A stretch of DNA of 64,000 nucleotides from Octopus vulgaris (taxonomy: Eukaryota). The notes beneath the pieces were generated by a model. That model saw only the letters and a program-made list of their open reading frames with translations. It had not been told where the DNA came from and made no database searches. Below are positions 51,961 through 64,000 of this stretch, one piece after another. Each line of letters begins with the position of its first letter. Within the stretch, counting starts at the first letter, position 1. Location of the stretch: contig OX597825.1 of assembly GCA_951406725.2 (NCBI GenBank), positions 40,734,001 through 40,798,000 on the forward strand, given 5' to 3'. Made by a program: the position numbers and the translations under genes.

Positions 51961-52925
51961 GGCATAGTAATGAGAACCCAGGTCCGAAATTTCCCCAAGA
52001 CAACTGATGAAGCCGAAACGTTGTGTTAACAACAAACAAGATGAGAACAAATACCTCTCAATTATAAATAATATTTCGTTCTCATGGATGTATAGTGTTT
52101 TTGACTGGATAAAACCTCCAGTCATTAATACCTAATTTAGAACCCTATCAACTCAAGCAGCTTATAATATTATTATAAACTTCAACTAAAACAACAAGAC
52201 CACAATGCCCAGTCAAATATGTTGGGATATTTTGTTTAGATACAGGAGTTAGGTAGGTGAAGAAGCGTATTGTTATTATGAATCTTTGTGTTCAGTTTAT
52301 TTTTGAAATGAACAAATGTTCAATATAAAAAAAAAATTTCTTTTGTTTGTCTGAAAAGAACCGCGTGATCTTCAGGGAATAATGAATACAAAGTAAGATT
52401 ATCATTATACAATTTGCATATGTTTAAATATACTTCTTTAAAGAATATCTTTAAACTGTATTTCACTGTTTTAGAACAGCAGCCTGAGTTCATTTTTTAT
52501 TCGATTATATATCGTTGCGCTTTTTCTGTCACTTCTATTCTGTAAATTTATTAAAATGGATATAGTTTAGAAATATATTTCGATCGTGAAATTCTAAAGA
52601 TGTTTGTTTAATCTTAGAATGAAATTAAGTTCTTTTTCTTTCTTTTTTTAAACAAAATAATGGAATTTATATTGTTATGCGGTATACAAATTGGGGCCTT
52701 CAATATTCTTAAAAATTAATGTTTACTCTCCTCGTTTTCGTTACTTCCACGTGGAGATCCTAATATCCCCTAATTTGAATGCAAGAACTGTGCTAACTAC
52801 AAAATCTTCGAGCTATTTTACAGTCATTCGCATAACAAGGGAAAATGTCAATTTACGGCAAAGTGACGTAGTGTTAGCAATGTAACTTTTTGTACTGGAT
52901 ATTTGACATTCACACTGGTATTGTA

Positions 52926-53230
52926 TTAGGTTGTTCCGAAAATACTGACCGGTTTCAGAAACATAATTTTATTCTTGAATAATTAACAATATTGTGCCCA
53001 AACTTGAACTCATGCAAGAAAAGTAAGCGAAAGTCTTTTTATGTCTTATTCATAATTAAGGGCGCCGATGCTTCAAGAAGGTTTTCTGTTTGAAATAATT
53101 AGAAGATTATTAAAGAGCATATATCAGTAATTAACTTTGTCGAAATTCACCAAAAATATAAATATACTATGATAAAATTGCGTTTCAAAACATATCACTT
53201 AGAGTGGCCATTATTTTCGGAACAACCTAA
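52926..53230. mobile_element. Mariner-type MITE with TA TSD
   Basis: TIRs TTAGGTTGTTCCGAAAATA / TATTTTCGGAACAACCTAA, flanked by TA. Confidence 0.9.
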
Positions 53231-54929
53231 TAGCTAACTTTGTGAGAGTATAAGTGTCTGAGTGTCATTCTTGCTAAAAGTTGAGTTCGGTTAATGACGA
53301 GAAATGAAGATAAGTTTTTACTTGTGAAGTTCTTAAACACTTATTGTATACTGCAGTGATATGCATACCACTTTGTAGATGATCTTGCTTGTTTCTATTA
53401 CAACACTGCTGGAATGGTCACTAATTTTGTAAACTACGTCACAGTTATGCAATTCTTCTCAAGATATTGTTCAGATACTTTATATTTCGCTAAACGTTAT
53501 GTATCATTTGAAATGTGACATGAACATTGAGTAATTAACTGTTCCTTGAGTCCTTTCGAAGCTACATACAACAGTAAAATCTTGTCTGCTTCTGACTGGC
53601 AGTATTTGCGTGTTGTGTTTATGTTGTATCAGCAGCTGTTATCCGAGTTACCTCTGTTTTCGTTAACTCTTTTATAAATAATACCATTTTGTTTTTTAAC
53701 AAACACGTTAAGGCCGAACATGTTAAAAGGATTTTTTTAAATGTAGTTAGAACGGAAAGACCAAGTGGAAAGAAGGAAGGACGTTACTCTCTAAACATAG
53801 GCTTGAATGGACTGTTTACAGGAGTGTGTTTTGCCAAAACAAGATATTGTTCAGATAAGGGATATAAAGCTACATAAGTTCCAAGTAGTTGTCTAAAACT
53901 GGGGAGCGGATCAAGTATACTAATCAAAAACATGAGAGGTACATCCAACAGATTTTCACAGACTACTGCAGCGAATTGTGTTTACCTCATTGCCAAACCA
54001 CCCCAACTCCACCACCTTGATTAAGCCTACACGATCTAGAAAGGCTGTACTTCAGTGTGTGTATAGAGGATTACTTCGTGAGATGTGTCTCTATTAAAAA
54101 GGTAAAGTTTTATACAAGATATAGTTACTACTTCTAGCAGAGTAGGCGGCTTCGTAAAATCTCCACATTAGCTCCACTAAAAATATTGTAAGCTCCTTTA
54201 GTATTTGTAGCATTATAAAACCATAATATTTTAGTGGGAATAAAACAAAGTGAAATAAAGTGTTTAGTTCTCTTTCATCAAAGATAAATTATACAGTGTG
54301 ATGAAAATTTTCTGAAAGTAAATAATTAATAATTCAATTAATTATACGATAATATAAATAATTAAATCTCATTAAATTAGTGTACTAATGATTTCTTTTA
54401 ATGTAATAATAAAATATAAATTGCCGTTTGTATGCCATACTTGTTCGATGCAAATGAAACTTGGGAAAGTGAGTGTAGTCATAACCATGTTCTATAGACG
54501 TTCGCTTCGCATCACGCTGGGTGGCATCTTTGGCCTTCGAATACGTTGAGTGAAAAAGTCGGAATCTACCAGGGAAACGGGTATCGTCTACATGTTTGTT
54601 TGTGTGTGTATGTCCTATGTATGTATATATGTGTATGTTTGAGAAAGAGAGAGAGTGTGTGTGCGTGTGTGTGTGTGTGTACGTGTGTGCGTGCGTACGT
54701 GTTTGTGTGTGTGTGATAAGAACATTACCATTCCACATAGTACTGTACATCGAATCGTACTTCACTGGTTCCAATAGTACAGTTGTTTTTCTATGATGTA
54801 AGTCTGCTGGTCGTTCGTTCACCCATACTCAAATTCGAAGCCTTTAGTGCTGTCACCTACCACGAATCTCAAAGTACAATATAATATTTAGAAAGAGAAA
54901 GAGAAACAGAAGACGAAAGTATTTACTTC

Positions 54930-55045
54930 CGTTTCTTCTCCAATAATTTATATATCGGTCTTGAAAGAATTAAAGGTAAATTTGACCTTAGCTGGCTTTC
55001 AACTCCAATCGCCAGAGAACGCGAACAAATGCCACAAGGCATCCG
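54930..55045 (-). mobile_element. Decayed Meta-like SINE
   Basis: TATCGGTCTTGAAAGAATTAAAGGTAAATTTGACCT..AACTC resembles reverse complement of the core of the 11770 copy. Confidence 0.45.
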
Positions 55046-57299
55046 ATGTTCTAACGAATCTAACATAAAGTGCGAACTGCATTGGGTAATTAAGCGAGAA
55101 GTTATAACGTAATGCCTGACATAATAAATTCTTAATTTCTTGAAGTTTCTCTTTGATGCTTTGAGATGAAATAGCTTAAAGGCAATTGTTCTCGACTCTA
55201 AAATAGAGAAACAGATTTCAAGAAATTTAGAGTAACTTCTTGTTTGGTTTAGGCTAGGGAAGAAATTAGAGTCTAATCTTCTGAATCAAGAGACAGCTAA
55301 GTATATAATGATTCAGGCAATTATGGCAAGGAACTGTGACAGGCTTTCAGTATAGCAAAATCGTAACTTGACATCCAGATCAACGTCAAAAATATTTACA
55401 TATATGAAACAAGTTTATTCAATCCTTGACCGATGGTAATTTGCATAATTAGAATTAAAGATAGTTGAGAAAAATAATTCAAAAGAGTTAATAGTATTAA
55501 TTTGAATAATGAAGTAATAGGTGTATCGGATGTAAGGTGCATCAGGTTGCAGAGGTACTTGTCAGTAGATCTTTCTAATGGAGAGTATCTAGCAACGGCC
55601 ACTAGTCCAGTGAGGCTTTACTTCATGATAATATTATCATCTTTGCAATGTTTACGGGAGGTAAATGTTGGTTTAACTTTTCTGTGGACTACAGAGTAAT
55701 AATCTACCAATTTATGGCTGTCATAAGCTAGTCCTGCCCTGCTTGATTTACACAGTAGTTCATCCGGACGTGAATGATTTTATGAAATATATTTGAATGT
55801 ACGTATACGCACACATTCTCTCTCTCACACACACGCACGCACACATACACATATTTATATATAGATACTCCCCTAGAAATCAAGAAGTGAAGGACAACCT
55901 TATACCAGCAATGACTTGGCAAGAGAATCATTATACACAGCACATAAAGGTTATACAGGGACGTTTATATACATATAAGATATATGCGTGCGATTGTTTG
56001 TGTATAACTAGAAGAGGAACATGATCACTATTGAAAGTAGCTTTACAGGTAAAAGTAGTTTTATATGTAAAAGTAGTTTTATAGGTAAAATTAGTTTTAC
56101 CTATAAACTTTTTACGATTTTAAGTGGAGCTTCTTTTAAAGCATTTCATATATAATAAACTAGAGAATTTGGTTAATTGAAGGAAGATTAGCACAGAAAA
56201 GTGATTGATTGTTCAAATACACAACGTTGTAGATAAATTAAACGAAATATTAAACTCTCTCTATATATATAGACATACAAATGTAAGAATATTTCTAAAA
56301 TAAACTTTACTGGAAAGCGATTAAAATTATATCATTATGTTTTAATTAAAATACATAAGCTCACAAACGTCAGTTTTTGTAACATTTTCTTCAAATGAAA
56401 TATTCAACGTCTTAGACAATTCTAAAGAAATCGGCCATAAATATAAAAGTAATGTTAAAATTCCATATTAAAAATTTTAAGCTTATGAAGGAGTTATGAG
56501 CAGTAGAATTATTAGAATTTGTGAGAAGGGAATACTTCTGCATAACAAAATATTTCCTGGTGTTTCAGTAGTGTTATTTACAAAGTGAAACCGCTTCCAC
56601 ATCTTTCAGTAAGTTTTATTTCGTCATATATGATATACAGGTTAGAATTTCTAAGTGCTCGAAAACAGGTATACATCTGCAAGCCACTTCAGGAAGGTGG
56701 TTAAGAAAAGGCCACGGAAACACTATTTCATATCCTCCAAAGTAAGATAGAACTATTGCAATGAGACACATGTACGGCACTATAAATTTATTTCTAATTA
56801 AGATCATTATATATTTTGATATTCTTAAAACCGTTTCCCATATTAAAAAAAGGGGGAAATATTTCAGATAGTTGTGAAATGCGTGGGTATGCTGTTTATA
56901 AAGAAATAGTATTTTACCTAGTAGAGGATTTAGATAATTTATGCATGAACAATTCCTTTACATGTACATCAACAGCTGAAATGACATTTATTCAGAAATG
57001 CACAAAAACGAATGAAAATAAAATTTGATAGTGGAAAAGAAATCATCTAATTTACATATGTTTCCGTTCGAAAGAGTGTATGCAAAATTAGACACACTGA
57101 AATAAGGAACAAATCTAATCACCAGGACGTTTCGGTGACTCAAAGAGATACTGCAATTGTCTATGTAACGATTATCGCACGGTCCACTAGTATTCTCTCG
57201 TGAAACACGTATAAAAGTTATGATAGTTATGTTATAATAAAAATATAAACTGACATGCTTGTTTTAATCTGTTTTTGCCTATATACTCTCTATTTATTC

Positions 57300-57331
<32 letters not shown>

Positions 57332-57595
57332 GTATGTATATATATATATATATATAATTTTAAAACAGGATAAAATCTTCATGAGAATTTATCAAGTAGT
57401 TAGCGTGAACAACCTCATAAGAGAAAAAATACATCAATCTTTTCATTTAAATATATTTATATGTTATATAGAAGGCATTATTACACATAAATGCCACATG
57501 CTAGGAGGGACTCTTAAAGTCAAAACTACTAGAATAAATAAACATATCGTACCGAAACCAACTCTCAAAGCAAGTCATTTAAACACAGAATTCAA

Positions 57596-57659
57596 CTGCA
57601 TATCACAATGTGATTTCGTAATCAGTGCAGTGGTATACACTCTTTACTCCTCAGTGCAG
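57596..57659 (-). ncRNA. Type I hammerhead ribozyme, intact core
   Basis: CTGCA-CTGAGGA-GTAA agagtgtataccactgcactga TTAC-GAAA-TCACA T TGTGA-TA-TGCAG. Confidence 0.88.
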
Positions 57660-58088
57660 GCATAATTCAAGATTTATAATGAAGGAACGAAAACAACATA
57701 CCAGGCGAACAACTATCGTATCCAACGCCGCATGTAGAAATGTTCACCCCTTATACGCCTATGTAAATGGTGGGCTTTTACGAATTGCATTTCGATAACC
57801 ACGTGCTTATTCGGAATAAAAATTCAGTATTGAATATACCCAGATTAAATTTACAATTTAAAAATAGGATGAAATCTCCATAAGAATTTGTCAAGTAGTT
57901 AGCGGGACAAACCTCATAAGAGAAAAAATACATCAATTTTTTCACTTAAATATATTTATATATTTATAGAGGGCATTATTACACATAAATGTCACACGCT
58001 AGGAGGGACTCTACATGCTACATTGGATACGATAGTTGTTCGCCTGGTATGTTGTTTTTGATCACTCATTATTAATCTTGAATTATGC

Positions 58089-58152
58089 TTGCACTGAGGA
58101 GTAAAGAGTGTATACCACTGCACTGATTACGAAATCGCAGTGTGATATGCAA
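58089..58152 (+). ncRNA. Type I hammerhead ribozyme, intact core
   Basis: TTGCA-CTGAGGA-GTAA agagtgtataccactgcactga TTAC-GAAA-TCGCA G TGTGA-TA-TGCAA. Confidence 0.88.
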
Positions 58153-58335
58153 CTGATATGCAGAGAGTTGGTTTCGGTACGATATGTTTATTTATTTTAG
58201 TAGTTTTGTCTTTAAGAATCCCTCCTAGCGTGTGGCATTTATGTGTAATAATGCCATTATATATATATTTATAATAGAAATATTAAAATTACTAAGTCTC
58301 TCTAAAGGAGATTACGGCAGCGTTACTGGATATTA

Positions 58336-58679
<344 letters not shown>

Positions 58680-60038
58680 CATACATATATATATATATAT
58701 TTATATAAAATCGCAAACGGAAATAAAAGAGCAAATTGTTTTAATATCCGATTGAAAATTGGATGTACATGGATTTACATGGTATTGTAAACATTGGTTA
58801 ACCGTTATGCAGCCTGCATACATATATATGCATGTATGCATGCATGTTATATGTATATTGTACAATATACTTCACTGAAGCTAGCTTCAATGCAAAAGAT
58901 TAGTAATACTGGCCCTTTAAGTATCATATAATCAAATGCATTTTCCGAAGAAATGTGTTGTGATGTGTGGCATAATGGTCCTTTTAACGATTACTACTAA
59001 AACAATAATGATTAAAACAGAACAAATTTCGAGTAGTAAATATTCAATTCCCAAAAATCTATATATGTCTCTACGTTTGCCTCCAGAGTAAAGGTAGCGA
59101 TGTTGCTCTTGATAGTCATTATGTGAACGAGGATGAGAAGTAATGGTGATGGTGCTCTGGTAGTGGTGATGCAAGAACTGATGCTGAAAATCATTCTTCC
59201 CTTTTGAATGAATTTTATTGCTGCAACAATTATATTTTCTATTAGTAGCAATTCATCATGTATATACATTCATACCTATATACATATATGCACAGATGAA
59301 GGCGTACATATACTTAAATATACGTGTGTTTGCGTACATATGAATGTATATATATTTATAAATGTATCTGTATGTATGCCTGTGTATAAACGTATATTGT
59401 TTGTACATGTACGTATATGCATGCGCTTATACTTAACTCCTTTACCGGTTTAAGCCATCGACTTCACTGGTTTTATCAACAAAATCGACTGAATTCTTAA
59501 TTGCAAGCTTGCTGTAGAGCCTGGCTACGGGCACACCACAATCTATGTGTCGGTGCGTGTCACCCTGGCTCTGTATGTATGTACGGTTGTATATGAGTGG
59601 ATGTAAATAGAAATAGAAATAGATGTAAATAGAAATAGAAATAGATAAAAAGATAGATAGACAGATAGACTGGTAGATAGACAGACAGACATTCTTTTAA
59701 AGATGGGATAAAAAATTTCGGTTGTAAGTCTAGAGGTAAGTTAAACAGAAGTTTATCTTCAGAGAATATACCACTCCTTAAGTATTTCGGCCTTTAACTC
59801 TATATATGGTGGAACGGGTCGCATCCAGAGGGATACCCCTCTGTTAGCAAACTGTGTATTACTATCAACATTGCAACTTCTACTTTCTTGGGTCATGAAA
59901 GTTCACCAGAAACAAAATACCTTAGATCTCGTAAGCAAACTTCGACCTTAGACACCAGTGAAAGTTAAGGTAAATTATACCTTCTAAAACGCACATTCAT
60001 GCGATTCGAGAATCAGGTCAAGTATATGTAAATATAAA

Positions 60039-60256
60039 TATGAGTGGTACTGAAAAGTTCTTGGCTATGGGTGAAAGAAAATTCAGGAGGATCAGTTAAT
60101 TAAGATTTTATTCAACATATTCCCCTCTCAAATTCACACACTTATTGCCGCGTGTCCTTCAGTTGTTCTCAGCCCCAGTAAAAGAACTTGGAAGGTTGGG
60201 CCTCCAACTAGGCCTTTCGAGTCACCCTCTAAGCCAGAAACGTTTCAGCCCTCGTA
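60039..60256. mobile_element. Mariner-type MITE
   Basis: TA-TGAGTGGTACTGAAAAGTTCTTGGCT / AGCCAGAAACGTTTCAGCCCTCG-TA imperfect TIRs. Confidence 0.75.
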
Positions 60257-60785
60257 TGTTGTGCCTCAAATTTTTCATATCAGTGGGTGTTGATCATAGT
60301 GTAAATCCTCTTTCCTCAATCTACTTATATTCTTTCATTTTCCTACGAAGAACGTAATCTTCAGTTACTTCACTTGTAATGTGTTGATAATCAGGATCAT
60401 CTCCATAAATTTGAAAGCATTCCTGAAAACTATCGATATTTGTAAAAAGCAAGACAGAAATACGCTCCTCGTTTAACTTGAAAACCATGAAACAGTATTG
60501 ATATCTCTGGAAAACCACGATCGAAGTTAGTTTCAACATCATTGTAAACCTGTGATAAAATAAATACGTTCATATCTAATAATTATATCTTTTAAATTTT
60601 CCAAATGTCTTATCATATGATGAGTCGAGTTTGGAAGATTTAATGCAGGTTTTTTTCTTTCATTTTACGATGCCTTGCTTTTTTCTGAAGCGACACTGCC
60701 GCTTGCCACGCACCTTAAGTTCAAGTCCCATATATTTCACCAAGGTTACATTTGCAAATTTCCAGCCCGCAACTTCTCTCATTCT

Positions 60786-60952
<167 letters not shown>

Positions 60953-63024
60953 TATTCTTATCTCTTAATATTACACGCACAATTATATACATTCTTTCAA
61001 TTAATTATCAAACACTTTTGTTGTACTTTCAAAAGCAACTTTCTATTAAATTCAAGATCCTTTAAATAGATATATATTATTTACAGGTAATTACTTATAG
61101 ATTATCAGCGTATTCTAATAAGATAGGAGTTGTGTTTTCACAATATAGTTTTAATACTTGGAAAATTAAATTAAAATTTAAAATATGTTTATTTTAATGA
61201 CATTTATTTCTGAGTACGATCATATAGTTGCTTAAGTTTCTCTTCCTTTCTATTTATCTTGCTCATTTTTACATAATTCATGTTCACAACAAGATTTACC
61301 ATATACTAATTGACAGAATTTAGGTGAATTTTTGCAAGAATTTTAAAAGAGCTAAAATTTTCGGTAATGCAATTTTATATTCTCAGAATTTAACAATCTG
61401 AAATTTAATTTGATGGATTCTCAATGAATTGTATTATTCTCTCTGAATCACCTAGACAGAAATGGCTGTCAACGACCTGCAATGTTGTTGAGGACTTTTA
61501 TAGTTGATTTTTTCAAACAATCTCATTGCCATTTTGTTGTACTAGGAACATTTAATTTTAATTTGAATTGAAATAAAGTGAGTTTATTCACATTTTGATC
61601 AAGTGATACATTTAATTTTCCAAACCTTGAAATTAATAATAACTTCATTTAAATACAAAAATTACCCTGAAATGAAAGTGATTAATGTACTGTGTGGAGC
61701 AAAATCATTTAGCTTACTAAAATTGAGGCCCTTACATTTTCGTTACCAAAACTAGTTTGATTTTACTCAAACATTTAACAAATCTTTGAAGTATTTAGTA
61801 CGACAGAATCATCGTACTCTTCTAAATTTGTATTGACTTATTTGCTTTGAAATAAAAGTAAATTTCATTCACGTTTATTTAAAGACGAGCTTCTATTAAA
61901 TTATCTATCTTTGTCATAATGCTCAATATCTCCTCGAAATCTGTAAGGCTTACTGCTGTACACAGTAGTTCATGGTGAACGATGCAAAGGAGAGACATAA
62001 GGAAATGACCAGCATCTGCTGTACATTGTTTCTAAAAATCAATATTTCGACCAACCATATAACAGGCACCAACTCCCATGCAGGAGACTTGTTGGCTAAT
62101 GTATTTGATTTTCACAAAATATTTTAGCATCACAGACGATAATATCGTTTCCTATGAAGTTTCGAGGCAACTTTCATAACTAAATTAAATCAGTATCAAC
62201 AGAATCGCCAGAAAATATCAGTCAATAATTGCTAATCAAGCTGATGACACTGTTTCAAAGACGTTAACAAGTCAAATAGAAAGCAGACGCAAATGTATAA
62301 GTGTTCTTGAATTTCATTCTGTTTTGGCATTAATTTTAATCATTCTTGTCTTTGAGCAGTATTTCAACTTACTACTAACATCTCCACACACTTAATATAA
62401 GTCATAAAAAAAAATGTTGCACGTTTAGCAAAAGATCATCTCATAATCTCAAAAATACCTAGTGACATTTTCATTATGGATAATATTAAAAGGTGAGTTT
62501 AAATTCCTTGGTTGGAGAGGGTTTTACTTCGAGGTCTTCAACAATCTCTTTAGGAGTCGTTGGTGCCTAGTGAAAAACGAGGTTTGTCTTTTTGCAAATT
62601 CAGATCTTATCGCAAATACAAATCATATTTACCTTTTCGGGAATATACGAGAAATATGAGAGGAGCTTAACAACATAGTTTAACAACTAACGTCATCTTA
62701 TGTTCGGCAATCCTGAATATTTCGTGCACTTTTGACAATAGACCATACGTGCCTAATGACAGATATATTTGAAAATTAGTCTGTTGGTTTATACAGTATA
62801 TAATGTATGCGATAATGAATATAGCATAGGATGCCTGTCTCATGCTGTATATGTCCAAAAATGCGAAGAAATTGCGTTGTAGCTAAAAATTTTAAACAAG
62901 ATCCCATGTTTGATTCCAGTGTGCGATATTTCTATTAAGATGAATGGCCCAATGTTTGCCAAGGAGATTGAGTAATTACAAACTATTATATTGCCTGCTC
63001 TTATTCAATATTCCAGCTATGTAA

Positions 63025-63074
<50 letters not shown>

Positions 63075-64000
63075 AACATACACACATTCTGGGACGTTGA
63101 ACATCCTATAGAAATACGTTGTAGATAACAGTGTCGTTATATTTGATGGCCTCAAGAATCGTATAAGTCTGTTTTTCCATTACACAGGGAAATTAACCAA
63201 ACAGAAATTAGTGGTAGAGAAACGAATTCTACAGCCTAAAATCTTAATTAAAAGACGTTGTTTATTCGTTTACTTTCATTTTCCAGAGACTTTATAGAAG
63301 TCTTTTTTAACTCAGTGATCGTCGTTACAGCTTCTAAGTGCGGAAAAAAGACCATTGACTACAGGCTGTATTCTTTCGGAGAAGTGATGAATCCAATAAG
63401 AATATTAAGCGAATTAGCCAGTTATACAAGAAAGGAGATTGTTTATTTGTAGGAATAGGCCTTACGTTGATGGATTTGAGCTTAAGCTGTAAGGATGCAT
63501 CACGTTATAACGAATTTCATTACCTTGAATACAAATAGACTGAGTCTAAAATCAACATTTATCGTTATTCAATGTCATATTAGATCTATGGGTAAATATT
63601 AAGAATTTTGATAAATGTTTGTTAATTTCCTGCTTTATATAATATTACTTCTAAGCACATATGTTGACGTTATGCTCGTACGTACCTATCATTTGCTTTC
63701 CAAAAGCATGATTTCGTGCAGATCCCTTGAAACACGTCATGTTTTGTACGCTTCAAAACTAAAACGTTTAAACGGCAACAGTTGACCGTTTGTCTCAAAA
63801 AAAGGGGGATAACTATTTCAAAATAATAATGGTATACAACTCAGTGATGTGCGCTGCGTAATCAACGTAATTTTCTTGTAAGAAGAGATTTTAACAAAAG
63901 CAATCATGTAATTATTTGAATTTATGAATGTTTATTGTCCCTTCCACTAGGTTTATTTATAGAGCTAATACTTTTCAGAGTTAAAAAATGTGCTGTGTTA

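Larger units (their letters stand above)
57356..58255 (-). mobile_element. Non-coding 499-nt HHR-bearing unit (retrozyme or PLE pLTR-like): about 1.3 tandem copies plus an inverted segment
   Basis: 57356-57514 repeats at 57855-58012 (period 499). 58011-58255 is the reverse complement of about 57473-57737. Inserted between (TA)n tracts. Confidence 0.85.

Noticed and set aside
56641-56741. Possible plus-strand exon (AG..GTAAGA, open frame VRISKCSKTG..)
   Set aside because: Weak polypyrimidine tract, no partner exons or recognisable homology.
59750-59800. GAAA-TAC..GTA-TA-TTCT-CTGAAGA on minus strand
   Set aside because: No room for stem I and no stem II pairing.

Overview
This is AT-rich, microsatellite-dense animal genomic DNA. 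The repeat content (tRNA-derived SINEs with CORE- and Meta-like domains, Penelope-like elements, mariners, long (TA)n/(TAA)n/(GAA)n tracts) resembles a cephalopod such as octopus, but that is inference. I found no intact host gene, and almost all listed ORFs are translated microsatellites or decayed transposon fragments. The window holds (i) four copies of an R4/Dong-type site-specific non-LTR retrotransposon, all in (TAA)n tracts; (ii) at least five decayed Penelope-like elements (PLEs); (iii) about eight mariner relics or MITEs, one hAT end, several SINEs and two old LINE relics; and (iv) a set of type I hammerhead ribozyme (HHR) motifs. Two signals stand out. First, a PLE terminal unit built as tRNA-like Pol III head + (TAA)n + minimal HHR + tail occurs at about 4.0, 48.1, 51.6 and 52.0 kb. 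It seems to move without an ORF, and its (TAA)n tract appears to be where the Dong elements insert. Second, a 499-nt non-coding retrozyme-like unit at 57.36-58.26 kb is arranged as partial tandem plus inversion, and its two intact HHRs differ by structure-preserving substitutions. All alignments and folds were done by eye, so coordinates may be off by a few bases.
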